Positions 54,790-64,000 are shown, numbered from the stretch's first letter. The stretch: 64,000 bases of DNA from Bacillota bacterium (GCA_040758135.1 JBFLWA010000008.1:29226-93225); one strand, 5' to 3'. The notes: generated by a model not told the origin, from the letters alone. Numbers and translations: made by a program.

Positions 54790-57449
54790 GCTATTACCTC
54801 CTCAGCGTAGATTCGTGTTTGCATTTCCTTCAGAGACTGACCGAGTAACTCTGCACCGCCGAACCACCCGCTGATCCTGGCGGCACCGCCCCACTCTCGG
54901 AAGGGTGAGACCCCGAAAATCTCCGGCTCAAGCTGCTCGATGCCGCCGATGCGGTATTTGTCGAGAAGCTCCAGGATGACCTTGCGAGCATCTTCCTTGT
55001 GAGCGGCAATGAAGGCTTGCTCACGGTTTCGGAACACGGCGGCCCGCTCACTGCGGGTATGAATGGGACCGCCGAAAGCGAGGTGGCTGAGCAGGTCAAA
55101 AGCGTCCGCCTCCGGTTGACCCAGCACCTCGGCGAGCACCTCGGGATGGATGCTGGAGCGGCGCAGCTCTTCCAGGAAAGCGCGGCGGCGGGCGCTATCC
55201 ACCCAGATGTCTCGCAGGGCTGTGCGGCTGTCGGCAGACCGCAGAATGCGGCGTTTGGTGTAGTCGCGGTATTGCTCGAGCGTGAGCTGCTCGCCTGTGG
55301 ACTCGATCAGGAATATCGCCTCATCGGCAATGCTCACCTCGAGACCTTCCACCCGAATCTTTCCGCCCTTTTTCCTCGCCGGCTTGAGGCCAACAGCTTC
55401 CTGAATCGTCTGGTCTGTCACCGTTTCCACGCCGATGGTGCGGCTCACAAAGCCCTTGGCGCTCACCATGAGCTGGAGGTTGCCGGCGGGAAGGCGGTCA
55501 AAACGGAAACGGCCATTTTCGTCGGTCTGGATCGGGCCTCGCTGGCTGTTGGGCCCGGTTCGGACGCTAACTCGTGCGCCGACAATCAGGTCGTTTGTGT
55601 CGGCATGAAATACTACCCCTTCTAAGACGGCAGTCTGTGGGCCATTAGGCGGCTCCGGTGGCGCCAGCGGAGGACGATCCCATTCATCAAAGAGGCGGGT
55701 CGCGCCCGTGTAGTCGATAATACGGAACCAGTACTTATCAGTGGCGGGATCCAGCCGGCTGCCGCGTCCGATGATTTGCTTGAACAGAATGGGCGAAGAC
55801 AGCGTCTTCATGAACACGATATTGCGGCACGAAGGGACATCGACACCGGTCGAGAGAAGTTCCGCCGTCGTCGCCACAACCGGGGCAGGTTTGTCCGAGT
55901 CGGCGAAGGCCTCCAGCCAACGGCGACCTTCTTCGCCTTCCTCAGAGATGATGGGGACGGCGTAGTTGTCGAGCCCGGTCTCGGGTCCGAATTCGTCCTG
56001 GAGCAGGCGGGCGACCAGCCGCGCATGCTCCATGTCCACGCAGAAGACCATGGTTTTTTCCATCGCCCCGAAGCGGCGAAGGAGCCCGGCCAGATGGCGC
56101 ACCATCTCCCGGGTCCGGTCCGGAAGGGTGATCTCTCTTTCGAACTGGGGCGTGGTGTAGACCTCGCGCGGCTCCACATCTTCGGGGATAAAGACCTCCG
56201 CTCCCTGTTCTACGGCTTCATTCAGATGCAACCCAGTCGCGTCAACAGTCGTTCGCACACGATGCACCTTGTAAGTGGCCAGGAAGCCGTCCTCGATACC
56301 TTGCCCCAAGCTGTATTGATACGCTGGTGGCCTCCAGGTGCCCCGGCCCGGGTCGTCCGCGTCAATGGCAACCTCGGGTTCTTCGGCGCAGAAGTAAGCA
56401 TAGGTATCCACATTTTCGTCCTGTTTGGGCGTGGCGGTCATGCCGAGTTGCATGGCGGTGCCGAAGTGATCGAGGATCTCCCGCCAGGTCCCAAAACCCG
56501 AACGGTGGCACTCGTCGATGATAACGAGGTCAAAGAAGTCTCGCGGAAATTTCTCGAAGAGGCGTTTACCCGCCTCATCCGGGCTCCACAGCGTCTGATA
56601 GATCCCGAAGTAGAGGTCCCGCGTCAAGTTGGCCGGATGCCCTTCGATCTTGAAGCGCGGCTCGCTCGTTCCGTCGGCGAACGGTGCGAAGGTATTGTAT
56701 GCCTGGTCGCGCAGCACGACGCGATCCGCCAGGAACAGAACGCGCCCGGGGCGGTCGGGATGCCGGCGCTGGAGCCAACCCGATTTAACGAGCTTCCAAA
56801 CGATCTGGAAGGCGACGAAAGTCTTGCCGGTTCCGGTGGCCATCGTCAGGAGGACGCGCTTCTGGCCGCGCACAAGGCGCTTGATGACTTCGCGGATGGC
56901 CACTTCCTGGAAGTAGAACGGCGTTTTCCCGCACAGGCTTTCCGGGCAGTATGGATGAAGGAGCGGATTGCTCCGCTTGCCTACGCCGTATTCCTCTGGG
57001 CGCTCGGCGACGCGCGACGCATCTGGGCTTCCCTGATTCTGTTGCCATCTCTCCCACAGCTCACCGGGAGTCGGGAATCGGTCAAGAACCTGGGTTGAGT
57101 TCGTAAAGAAGTCGAATTCGATGATCTGGTGATCATTCGCGGCGTAGGCGAACGCGACCCCGAGCTCCCTGGCGTAGCGTTTGGCTTGTTCAAGCCCAGC
57201 CTCGGCCGCTTCCGCCTCGGACTTCGCTTCGACAACGGCGATGGGAAAAGAATCGGAAAGACGCAAAAGATAGTCCACCTTGCGGGCCTCGCCCCTGCGA
57301 ACCCGATCGCCCACCAGGATGACGCGCCCCTGCGTGTACTGCTGGTCCCGCTGGTAGTAGTGCTCCCTTGTGATTTGTGTGTCGGCCCAGCCTGCGGCTT
57401 TCAGTTTCGGGTCGATGAGCGTTGCCCGCGTGTCCGCCTCGTTTCTCAT
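54786..57449 (-). CDS. hsdR: Type I restriction endonuclease R subunit (EcoAI/EcoEI-like, with EcoEI_R_C-type C-terminus)
   Basis: N-terminal DTRATLIDPKLKAAGW and PD-(D/E)xK (VDYLL...AVVEAK). Helicase motifs LTMATGTGKTF, VIIDECHRS, GMTATP, QIIGRGSRL. Ig-like insert (VSVRTGPNSQRGPIQTDENGRFRF). C-terminal YRIGGIEQLE...FGG. Confidence 0.85.
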   Translation of the reverse strand: MRNEADTRATLIDPKLKAAGWADTQITREHYYQRDQQYTQGRVILVGDRVRRGEARKVDYLLRLSDSFPIAVVEAKSEAEAAEAGLEQAKRYARELGVAFAYAANDHQIIEFDFFTNSTQVLDRFPTPGELWERWQQNQGSPDASRVAERPEEYGVGKRSNPLLHPYCPESLCGKTPFYFQEVAIREVIKRLVRGQKRVLLTMATGTGKTFVAFQIVWKLVKSGWLQRRHPDRPGRVLFLADRVVLRDQAYNTFAPFADGTSEPRFKIEGHPANLTRDLYFGIYQTLWSPDEAGKRLFEKFPRDFFDLVIIDECHRSGFGTWREILDHFGTAMQLGMTATPKQDENVDTYAYFCAEEPEVAIDADDPGRGTWRPPAYQYSLGQGIEDGFLATYKVHRVRTTVDATGLHLNEAVEQGAEVFIPEDVEPREVYTTPQFEREITLPDRTREMVRHLAGLLRRFGAMEKTMVFCVDMEHARLVARLLQDEFGPETGLDNYAVPIISEEGEEGRRWLEAFADSDKPAPVVATTAELLSTGVDVPSCRNIVFMKTLSSPILFKQIIGRGSRLDPATDKYWFRIIDYTGATRLFDEWDRPPLAPPEPPNGPQTAVLEGVVFHADTNDLIVGARVSVRTGPNSQRGPIQTDENGRFRFDRLPAGNLQLMVSAKGFVSRTIGVETVTDQTIQEAVGLKPARKKGGKIRVEGLEVSIADEAIFLIESTGEQLTLEQYRDYTKRRILRSADSRTALRDIWVDSARRRAFLEELRRSSIHPEVLAEVLGQPEADAFDLLSHLAFGGPIHTRSERAAVFRNREQAFIAAHKEDARKVILELLDKYRIGGIEQLEPEIFGVSPFREWGGAARISGWFGGAELLGQSLKEMQTRIYAEEVIA

Positions 57450-59263
57450 GCGGTAGCCTCCACTTCGGGAAGGAGATCGTCCGCCGGCTCTCCGCCCAGG
57501 TCCTCGATGCCGGGCTGGCAGAGACAGCGCGTGTCGCGAAGCTCCGTGTCCGGCTCGTATTCCACCACACGCGGCTTGCCACCGATGACAACCTCAAACA
57601 GCCCGCGCAACGGATCAGGCGCCGTGCCAGGCTTGTGAATTTTCTTGATGACTGGCGGTGCATCGTCGGCACGCTCGGCCGTTTCCCGAAGCGCTTTGAT
57701 CTCCTTGGGTGTGTAGGCGCGCTCGGGGTCGATGCCTTTCAAGCGCAGGGGGCGTTCCACCGTCACCTTCCAGTAGCCGAAGGCCGCGTTGGGGAAGATC
57801 TTGGACCGTTCGGTCTCCTCGAATTTGAGGAAGGTATCAACAATGCGACGGATGTCCTCTTCGGAGAGCTCGCAGTTCTTCTTGCCCAGGTTCTTGCGCA
57901 GGGGCTTGTACCACTGCGTGGCATCGATAAGCTGCACGCGGCCTTTGCGGTGCTCGGGCTTCCTGTTCGTGAGCACCCAGACGTAGGTGGCGATGCCGGT
58001 GTTGTAGAACATGTTGAGCGGCAGGGCCACGATCGCCTCGAGCCAGTCGTTCTCGATGATCCAGCGGCGGATGTTGCTCTCGCCCTGGCCGGCGTCCCCC
58101 GTAAACAGCGACGAGCCGTTGTGCACCTCGGCGATGCGGCTGCCGAGCGGGGTGTCGTGCTTCATCTTGGAGAGCATGTTCACCAGAAACAGCAACTGGC
58201 CATCGCTCGAGCGGGTGATGAGCGACAGCTCCTCGCCCCGGTGCTGCACGACAAAGCGCGGGTCCTTGATGCCAGCCTTGCCGCCCATGCGTTCCAGGTC
58301 ACTCTTCCAGCTCTTCCCGTAGGGCGGATTGGAGAGCATGAAGTCGAAGGTGCGGCCGGGGAAGGCGTCGTTGGATAGGGTCGAATGCTCCGGTCCGCCG
58401 ACGATGTTGTCGGCGGCATCGCCCTCGCCCTTGAGCAAAAGGTCGGCTTTGCAGATGGCGTAGGTCTCGGCGTTGATCTCCTGGCCGAAAAGGTGCACCG
58501 AGACCTGTTTGCGGCGTTCTTTCGCCAACTGCAACAGGGTTTCCTCGGCCACCGTGAGCATCCCGCCGGTGCCGCAGGCGCCGTCGTAGAGGAGATAGGT
58601 GCCGGATTCGATTCTATCGGCGATCGGCTCGAAGATCAGGCGGGCCATCAGCCTCACGGCGTCGCGCGGGGTCCAGTGCTCGCCGGCTTCTTCGTTGTTT
58701 TCCTCGTTGAAGCGGCGCACCAGCTCCTCGAAGATGGTGCCCATGGCGTGATTGTCGAGGCCGGGCAGCCGGACGGTGCCGTCGCTGCCCAGCACAGGGC
58801 AAGGACTCAGGTTGATGGACGGGTCGAGGAACTTCTCGATGAGCGTGCCCAGGGCGTCGGCTTTGGCCAGGCGCGGAATCTGGTTGCGGAACTCGAAGTT
58901 GTCGATAATCTCCTGCACGTTGGGCGAGAAGCCATCGAGGTAGGCGCGAAAATCCGCCTCCAGCTGCTGGCGGCTGGCACGCGCCTTGAGGTCGCGTAGC
59001 GTGAAGGGGGAGGTGTTGTAGAAGGCTTGACCAGCGGCCTGTCGCAGAGCAGCGTCCTGGTGTACGATCCCCGCTTTGTCGAGCGAAGCTTTCATGTCGA
59101 GCATGGCCTGCTTGGTGGGCTCCAGCACCGCATCAAGCCGGCGGATAACGGTCATCGGGAGAATGACATCGCGGTACTTGCCGCGCACGTAGAGGTCGCG
59201 CAGCACGTCGTCGGCGATGCCCCAGATGAAATTGGTGATCCAGGTGAGTTGGCCGTTTTCCAT
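57446..59263 (-). CDS. hsdM: Second, divergent Type I HsdM-type N6-adenine methyltransferase (605 aa, NPPY variant), coupled to hsdR
   Basis: HsdM_N-like start (ITNFIWGIADDVLRD), motif I YDGACGTGGML, motif IV FDFMLSNPPYGKSW and an HsdM C-terminal extension. The stop overlaps the hsdR ATG (ATGA). Confidence 0.75.
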   Translation of the reverse strand: MENGQLTWITNFIWGIADDVLRDLYVRGKYRDVILPMTVIRRLDAVLEPTKQAMLDMKASLDKAGIVHQDAALRQAAGQAFYNTSPFTLRDLKARASRQQLEADFRAYLDGFSPNVQEIIDNFEFRNQIPRLAKADALGTLIEKFLDPSINLSPCPVLGSDGTVRLPGLDNHAMGTIFEELVRRFNEENNEEAGEHWTPRDAVRLMARLIFEPIADRIESGTYLLYDGACGTGGMLTVAEETLLQLAKERRKQVSVHLFGQEINAETYAICKADLLLKGEGDAADNIVGGPEHSTLSNDAFPGRTFDFMLSNPPYGKSWKSDLERMGGKAGIKDPRFVVQHRGEELSLITRSSDGQLLFLVNMLSKMKHDTPLGSRIAEVHNGSSLFTGDAGQGESNIRRWIIENDWLEAIVALPLNMFYNTGIATYVWVLTNRKPEHRKGRVQLIDATQWYKPLRKNLGKKNCELSEEDIRRIVDTFLKFEETERSKIFPNAAFGYWKVTVERPLRLKGIDPERAYTPKEIKALRETAERADDAPPVIKKIHKPGTAPDPLRGLFEVVIGGKPRVVEYEPDTELRDTRCLCQPGIEDLGGEPADDLLPEVEATA

Positions 59264-59264
59264 G

Positions 59265-59486
59265 TTAAACCTTCCTCCAAAAAGGTCGCATACTTTCTAG
59301 TGACGGCGAGCCGGACTTCCAGCGCTTGTCCTCACGCAGGCGCTCACCACACCACTCCTTCATGTTGAAGGGCGGATTGGCCAGGATGAAATCGGCCTTG
59401 AGATCAGGCAATGGGTTCTCTTTCTCGATGGCGGCCATCGCCTCGTCAATCAGCCGGCCGAGGTGCGGCTGGTGCGCGTTCGCCAA
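59265..59486 (-). pseudogene. Relic central fragment of a third hsdM
   Basis: [28 protein letters not shown] is the HsdM motif IV region. An in-frame stop lies just upstream, the expected ...GxPPxGNANxAW continuation is lost, and no N-terminal part is present. Confidence 0.55.
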
Positions 59487-59728
59487 AAGATAAGACCAGC
59501 GAACAGCCGGTTTTTAGAGGTTCAAACCGTAAAGGCGCGTACTGCCGTGCTTTTTTTGTTTTATTCGCCAATCGCCGCCATTTTTTCCTGCCCAAGCCCT
59601 TACAGCGTCAACCGTCTCTTCTTCCCCATTTTCTCAGCCGGCGTTCGTACTCGGCGCGGGGCAGGCGGCTTCCCATCGCCCTCATCTTTTCCAGCGCTCA
59701 AGCTGCTTTTTGGAGCGTAACGACGAAT

Positions 59729-61070
59729 GAGCCAACCCGTTCTCCTTTGGTAAAATGTAGCTGTCTAAACTAAACACCACCGAAGGAGGAACAAGATGGC
59801 TCAATACCAGATTACCCTAGACTGCGATGTTTTGCACGGACTTTTTCAACGGGATGAGGGAGTGGCCCGCCTCTTGGAGCAGGTGTTGAATCAAATTCTG
59901 CAAGCCCAAGCAACAGAACAACTGCAAGCTCGCCCCTACGAGCGGACCGAGGACCGTCAGGGCTACAGGAACGGCACGCTGCCCCATCCCCTGACGACCC
60001 GGGTGGGAACGCTCACCTTGCGGGTTCCCCGGCTGCGGAGCGGCCAGTTTTCCACCGACCTATTCTTCCGGTATCAGCGGAGCGAACAGGCTTTAGTCTT
60101 GGCCTTGCTGGAGATGGTGGTCAATGGTGTCTCTACGCGCAAAGTCACCAAGATCACCGAGGAACTGTGCGGTACCGAACTCTCCAAGTCCACTGTCTCC
60201 GACCTGTCCAAGCGGCTCAATCCGATTGTCCAAGCCTGGAACAACCGCAGCCTCCGGGAGCAACGTTATCCCTTCGTGCTGGTGGACGCTCTGGTGTTGA
60301 AAATCCGGGAAGAGGGGCGAGTACGTTCTCGTAGCGCTCTAATTGCCGTCGGCGCCAATGAGGCCGGCTACCGGGAAGTACTGGGGCTGATGCTGGGCGA
60401 CAGCGAGTCGGAGGTCAGTTGGCCGGAGTTTTTTACCGGGCTTAAGAGCCGCGATTTGCGGGGTGTCGACATTGTTGTCTCGGACAGCTACGGAGGTTTA
60501 GTCCGCGCCGTGAGAAGCCAATTCCAAGGAGCTACATGGCAACGCTGCCAGACCCACTTCATGCGCAACATCCTGGACGCAACACCCAAATCCCTGCAAG
60601 GAGAGATCCATGGCCGCGTCCGGGCTCTTTTGGATGCGCCGGATACCGAAACGGCCCGCTTGCTCTTGGAGAAGATCCCGGAGGACTATTCAAACAAATC
60701 AGCCAAGGCCATGGAGATTCTGGAGACCGGTTTTGACGACGCCACGGCGGTCTTGGAGCTGCCGGAGCGTTACCGGAAACGTCTTCGTACCACTAACGGC
60801 GTGGAACGGCTCAACGAGGAGATTCGCCGCCGTGAGCGAGTGATCCGGATTTTCCCCAACCGGGAATCGGTGATCGCCTTCTCGGGGCCTTGCTGATAGA
60901 GTTGGACGAAAAGTGGGGCTCCGGGAACCGCTACCTGGACATGGCGGAATATCTGGAATGGCGGGAGAAACAGAGAGAAGCTCAAAGACAGGCTTCAAAA
61001 GTGCATCGGCTTGGCTAGCTGATGGCCATTTGCCAAGGGAGAGTTTTTACACACAAATTCGGACTTGACC
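59729..61070 (+). mobile_element. IS256-family insertion sequence (boundaries approximate)
   Basis: Mutator-type transposase gene. The right end GAGTTTTTACACACAAATTCGGACTTGACC (61041-61070) is the inverted form of the IS256-like terminus ...GGTCAAGTCCGAATTTGTGTGTAAAAACTC. An imperfectly matching left end lies at ~59729-59758. Confidence 0.55.
59796..61017 (+). pseudogene. IS256-family transposase gene with a frameshift in a G4 run near the 3' end
   Basis: YRNGTLPHPLTTRVGTLTLRVPRLRSGQFSTDLFFRYQRSEQAL... is typical of the family. The ORF stops at 60896 (…IRIFPNRESVIAFSGPC*), but the conserved C-terminus LLIELDEKWGSGNRYLDMAEYLEWR continues in the +1 frame to 61017. Confidence 0.65.
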
Positions 61071-61404
61071 GATAGAAACAGGCTGGAGAAAATAGCCGAA
61101 CGCTACGGCAACGCGGTTTCAACGAAAACACTGTGAGCGTGGTAATCCGGCGCTTTGGTCTCCTGGAAAACAGCGGCCTCATCCGGGGCAACATTGAAGC
61201 CATAAGAGAAAGCCTTCTAGCCGGAAAGACGGCAGTCATCAGGGGGCCGGTCAAAACCTTAAACCTCTTTGCCGTTTATACCATCCGGCACTAATTAGAA
61301 AGCTCAGTTTGCCAGCCTGAGAAACAGTTTTTCAGGAACGCTCACTTCGGGAATCCGATAGATTACCCAACTCTGCTTGACAGACACCTCGTTTAAGTGG
61401 CATC

Positions 61405-61434
61405 TTGACAGGACTGGCTAGCAGTGGGTATATT
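61405..61434 (+). promoter_or_regulatory. Candidate promoter TTGACA-N18-TATATT for the Cof hydrolase pair
   Basis: TTGACA at 61405-61410 and TATATT at 61429-61434, about 40 nt upstream of the GAGGAG RBS and ATG at 61476. Confidence 0.35.
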
Positions 61435-61475
61435 CGTTGAAAACCCACAACGTTAGCTGCGCGAGAGGAGACCAT

Positions 61476-62324
61476 ATGCTGAGGAAACTGATTGCTCTTG
61501 ATATCGACGGAACCCTGGTCGGCCCCACTAACCGCGTCTCACCGCGCACCATCGAAGCCGTGCAACGGCTCAGCCAATTGGGGGCTACCTTCACCATCGC
61601 CACCGGTCGCCGTCTGCGGGCCACTTTGCCCATCGCTCGGGAGTTGGGGATCTCTGCCCCCATCATCCTTTTCAATGGTAGCCTAGTAGTAGACCCTCAG
61701 AGTTTGGAGACGCTCTACCAGGAGACACTTCCTCACTCGCTGGCTACCCGCTCCATTGAGATCATCCACCAGGAAGCGGAGACCGCTTTCGCCTACCACC
61801 AGAGCCTGAGCCCCCCCGATGTCTTCTACCAGCGAGCATCAGAACTGCCCTTCATCAAAGCCTATATCGAACGGGGTGAGGCCGAGGGGGGCTATATCCG
61901 CAGGGTTCCCGACCTCATTAACGCCTGTGCCAGTCTCTCCATCATTCGCATCCTCTCCTGGGGCCAGGGCGAAGATATTCTCCGGGTGGCCGAGCGCCTG
62001 CGGACACAGCTGGTTGATGAGGCACTGGTACTGGCCGATGACTACCGGGACACCGTTTTAGTGGAAGTTTATCCTCGTGGCGTCTCCAAAGGAAAAGCCA
62101 TTGCCCAGCTGGCTGCCAGCTTCGGTATCGACCAGGCGGATGTCATCGCCATTGGTGATGGGATCAACGATGTAGAGATGCTGGAGTACGCAGGTCTGGG
62201 AGTGGCTATGGGCAATGCCTGTCCCGAAGCCAAACAGGTGGCTAATCGTGTTACCGCCCGGCAGGAAGAGGATGGTGTCGCCCTTTTCCTCGAGGAACTT
62301 CTGAAAGGAGTAGCCGCCTCCTGA
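61476..62324 (+). CDS. Cof-type HAD-IIB phosphatase
   Basis: LIALDIDGTLVGP (motif I), IATGRRL, GDGINDVEML (motif IV). The ORF-track start at 61437 is rejected for the RBS-supported ATG at 61476. Confidence 0.75.
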   Translation: MLRKLIALDIDGTLVGPTNRVSPRTIEAVQRLSQLGATFTIATGRRLRATLPIARELGISAPIILFNGSLVVDPQSLETLYQETLPHSLATRSIEIIHQEAETAFAYHQSLSPPDVFYQRASELPFIKAYIERGEAEGGYIRRVPDLINACASLSIIRILSWGQGEDILRVAERLRTQLVDEALVLADDYRDTVLVEVYPRGVSKGKAIAQLAASFGIDQADVIAIGDGINDVEMLEYAGLGVAMGNACPEAKQVANRVTARQEEDGVALFLEELLKGVAAS

Positions 62325-63154
62325 TGACTAAACTCATTGCCATCGATATTGACGGAACCCTGGTTGGCCCCGGTACCCGGATCATCTCTGATCGGACCCG
62401 ACGAGCCATCAACCAGGCGGTGAGGCAGGGGGCGGTGGTGACCATAGCCACCGGCCGTAGGCTACGGGCTACCCTACCCATCGCTGACCAGATCGGGTTG
62501 GCCGTCCCCATTATCTGTCTCAATGGCGGGCTGATAGTCCACTCAAAGACCCTGGAGACCCTCTACATCAAGTTCCTCGCTGCCGACCAGGCCATGGCCG
62601 CCATCCGTACCATCCACTCCGGCGGCCGGGCTGCCTATACCTACCGGCACACCAATACTCCCCCCGATGTCTTCTACCAGATCTCCAATGACTATGAGGA
62701 ATCAGTACGCAGCTTTGAAGGAGCCGAGGGAGTTGAGCGCGTCTCAGATTTGCTGGCCCAGGGTTGTGACGGGATACAGCGGATCATGTGCTTCGGCACC
62801 GAAAGCGAGGTTCGGGAGGTAGCTACCTTATGTGAGGCTGCCCTCCTGCCCGACGCCACCCGGCTTTATGTGACTCGCTCCGATAACTGGCATCTGGAGG
62901 TCTATCCTTCCGGGATCTCCAAAGCGCAGGGGGTGGCCCGAATGGCAGCCTCGCTGGGGATTGAGCGGCAGGAGATCATTGCCATCGGGGATGGCCTAAA
63001 TGACCTGGAGCTTATCGAGTATGCGGGTCTGGGGGTGGCCATGGGCAATGCGCCACCCAATGTGAAAGCTGTTGCCGACCTGGTGACTGACAGTCAGGAA
63101 AACGACGGGGTAGCCAAGGTTCTGGAGGATCTGTTCCGGGTGGCCGGTACTTGA
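62324..63154 (+). CDS. Cof-type HAD-IIB phosphatase, tandem paralogue
   Basis: LIAIDIDGTLVGP, IATGRRL, GDGLNDLELI. ATGA overlap with the upstream paralogue. Confidence 0.75.
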   Translation: MTKLIAIDIDGTLVGPGTRIISDRTRRAINQAVRQGAVVTIATGRRLRATLPIADQIGLAVPIICLNGGLIVHSKTLETLYIKFLAADQAMAAIRTIHSGGRAAYTYRHTNTPPDVFYQISNDYEESVRSFEGAEGVERVSDLLAQGCDGIQRIMCFGTESEVREVATLCEAALLPDATRLYVTRSDNWHLEVYPSGISKAQGVARMAASLGIERQEIIAIGDGLNDLELIEYAGLGVAMGNAPPNVKAVADLVTDSQENDGVAKVLEDLFRVAGT

Positions 63155-63227
63155 AGCTCGCCACCTTAAGGGCCACCACCTATGACCCGGTAACAATAGC
63201 GGTCATGCTGGGCCTTAGCTGCCGAAA

Positions 63228-63256
63228 TTGACAAGCTTACCCCCGACCGATAGAAT
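63228..63256 (+). promoter_or_regulatory. Candidate promoter TTGACA-N17-TAGAAT
   Basis: TTGACA at 63228-63233 and TAGAAT at 63251-63256, 25 nt upstream of the GTG at 63281. Confidence 0.4.
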
Positions 63257-63280
63257 GGGAACCGTAATCCAGCTACGGGG

Positions 63281-63754
63281 GTGTCCCTTTTGCCCAAATC
63301 CTTCTCAGTACAGGTAGCCCGGTTCCGTGCTCCGGGAGAGGCCTTCGACACGCCCATCATCCATCTGGCGTGTCCCACACCAGAGTCGGTATCAGCCATA
63401 GCCCAGCTGTTTCACCTTTACCACAGTGGCGAAGAGACGATTAAGTCCCCCACTAACCCGGTCCATGTGGGCGACACCCAGATAAAGGTGACGATCACGG
63501 AACATCCTACTGATCCAGAGAGAGTACTGGTGGAATTAGCCTTGAAGCGATCGCCCCGGGATCTCACCTATGTCTTCTATCAGCTGAGCGAGCAGGATAG
63601 ATTGGCCGCCAGCCTGTTCCGCCTGAACCACGAGTTTACCCGCAGCTATGTGTTTTGCCTGAGTCACAACAACGAACTGCTGTTTGACCACCTGTACCTA
63701 GTAAAATACCTGGTAGACTACGCTTTTAAACCAGTCGAAATCGGCCCCCGCTGA
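63281..63754 (+). CDS. Hypothetical protein (157 aa)
   Basis: GTG start after the candidate promoter. No motif recognised. Followed by a terminator hairpin. Confidence 0.4.
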   Translation: MSLLPKSFSVQVARFRAPGEAFDTPIIHLACPTPESVSAIAQLFHLYHSGEETIKSPTNPVHVGDTQIKVTITEHPTDPERVLVELALKRSPRDLTYVFYQLSEQDRLAASLFRLNHEFTRSYVFCLSHNNELLFDHLYLVKYLVDYAFKPVEIGPR

Positions 63755-63768
63755 AGGGGGCTTTTTCT
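63743..63768 (+). terminator. Rho-independent terminator overlapping the stop codon
   Basis: GCCCCC, loop GCTGAA, GGGGGC, followed by TTTTTCT. Confidence 0.45.
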
Positions 63769-63828
63769 GTGTCGTTTCCGCCGGGTCAAGGGCAAACTAA
63801 GGCAAAGCCGATGTGAAGGAGAGTGCCT

Positions 63829-64000
63829 ATGGCGGAAGCCTTTAGTTTTTCACCCCGTCCCAACCGGGCCCACGAGATCAACTGGCAGCCCTGGACCAGC
63901 CACACATTCAGCCGCGCCAGAGCCGAGAATCGCCTCATCCTCCTGGACATCAGCGGTGTCTGGTGCCATTGGTGTCATGTTATGGATGAAACCACCTATT
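63829..64000 (+). CDS. Thioredoxin-domain protein of the DUF255 / YyaL family (N-terminal part, continues beyond the window)
   Basis: RLILLDISGVWCHWCHVMDETTY matches the DUF255 hallmark ...CHWCHVM. The RBS GAAGGAGAG precedes the ATG. Confidence 0.65.
   Translation, partial: MAEAFSFSPRPNRAHEINWQPWTSHTFSRARAENRLILLDISGVWCHWCHVMDETTY

Noticed and set aside
57446-59263. Whether the 605-aa methyltransferase is a Type III Mod or BREX PglX
   Set aside because: It has an HsdM_N-type N-terminus, an NPPY (not DPPY) motif and an HsdM-type C-terminal extension. The size is wrong for PglX. The neighbouring R subunit has the N-terminal nuclease typical of HsdR, not Res.
1-64000. CRISPR arrays, rRNA and tRNA genes
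   Set aside because: No direct-repeat arrays, no rRNA-like conserved stretches and no cloverleaf-like candidates were noticed. The intergenic regions are explained by promoters, terminators or IS ends.

Overview
This 64-kb window is a high-GC (roughly 60%) bacterial chromosome segment with a Firmicutes/Clostridia-like gene repertoire. Coding runs mostly on the minus strand. Nothing here looks like an rRNA, tRNA or CRISPR array.

Main blocks, in order:
- 1-6.6 kb: housekeeping and envelope genes. These are a secreted zinc metallopeptidase, tdk, an MFS transporter, a glycerophosphodiester phosphodiesterase, a TolB-like beta-propeller protein and two tandem NodB polysaccharide deacetylases.
- 6.7-15 kb: an electron-bifurcating [FeFe]-hydrogenase locus. 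An XRE/cupin regulator is followed by hydC-hydB-hydA, a small 2Fe-2S ferredoxin, a PAS-containing sensory hydrogenase (HydS) and a PP2C phosphatase.
- 15-18 kb: an SDR, a frameshifted DUF3795 gene, a metallophosphoesterase and an ACR3 arsenite carrier.
- 18.5-23.3 kb: two tandem cytoplasmic M14 carboxypeptidase paralogues facing an M20 carbamoylase-type amidohydrolase.
- 23.7-26 kb: a GH1 beta-glucosidase relic and assorted small genes.
- 26.7-39 kb: a split SOS mutagenesis cassette. dnaE2 and imuB are 8 kb apart, each with a Cheo-type LexA box. pckA, a CPA2 antiporter, ArsR-like and M29-like genes, an MFS transporter and a CBS-GGDEF protein lie in and around it.
- 40.4-43.9 kb: an N-truncated HTH_34 regulator and a three-frame-disrupted membrane-protein gene below a poly-C(10) tract, a tandem P-loop NTPase, a truncated MFS fragment and a secreted helical protein.
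- 44-61 kb: a defence island bracketed by an IS21 remnant and an IS256-family element. It holds a DUF262 (GmrSD-like) protein, two different hsdR 3' fragments, a complete hsdR-hsdM-hsdS Type I system, an extra hsdM, an hsdM relic and a tightly coupled three-gene cassette of unknown function.
- 61-64 kb: two tandem Cof-type HAD hydrolases, a hypothetical protein and the start of a DUF255 thioredoxin-domain protein.

The three-gene cassette (228 aa, 966 aa, 190 aa with an Mrr_N-like winged helix) sits between hsdS and a 5'-truncated hsdR. It is the best candidate for an undescribed system in this window.
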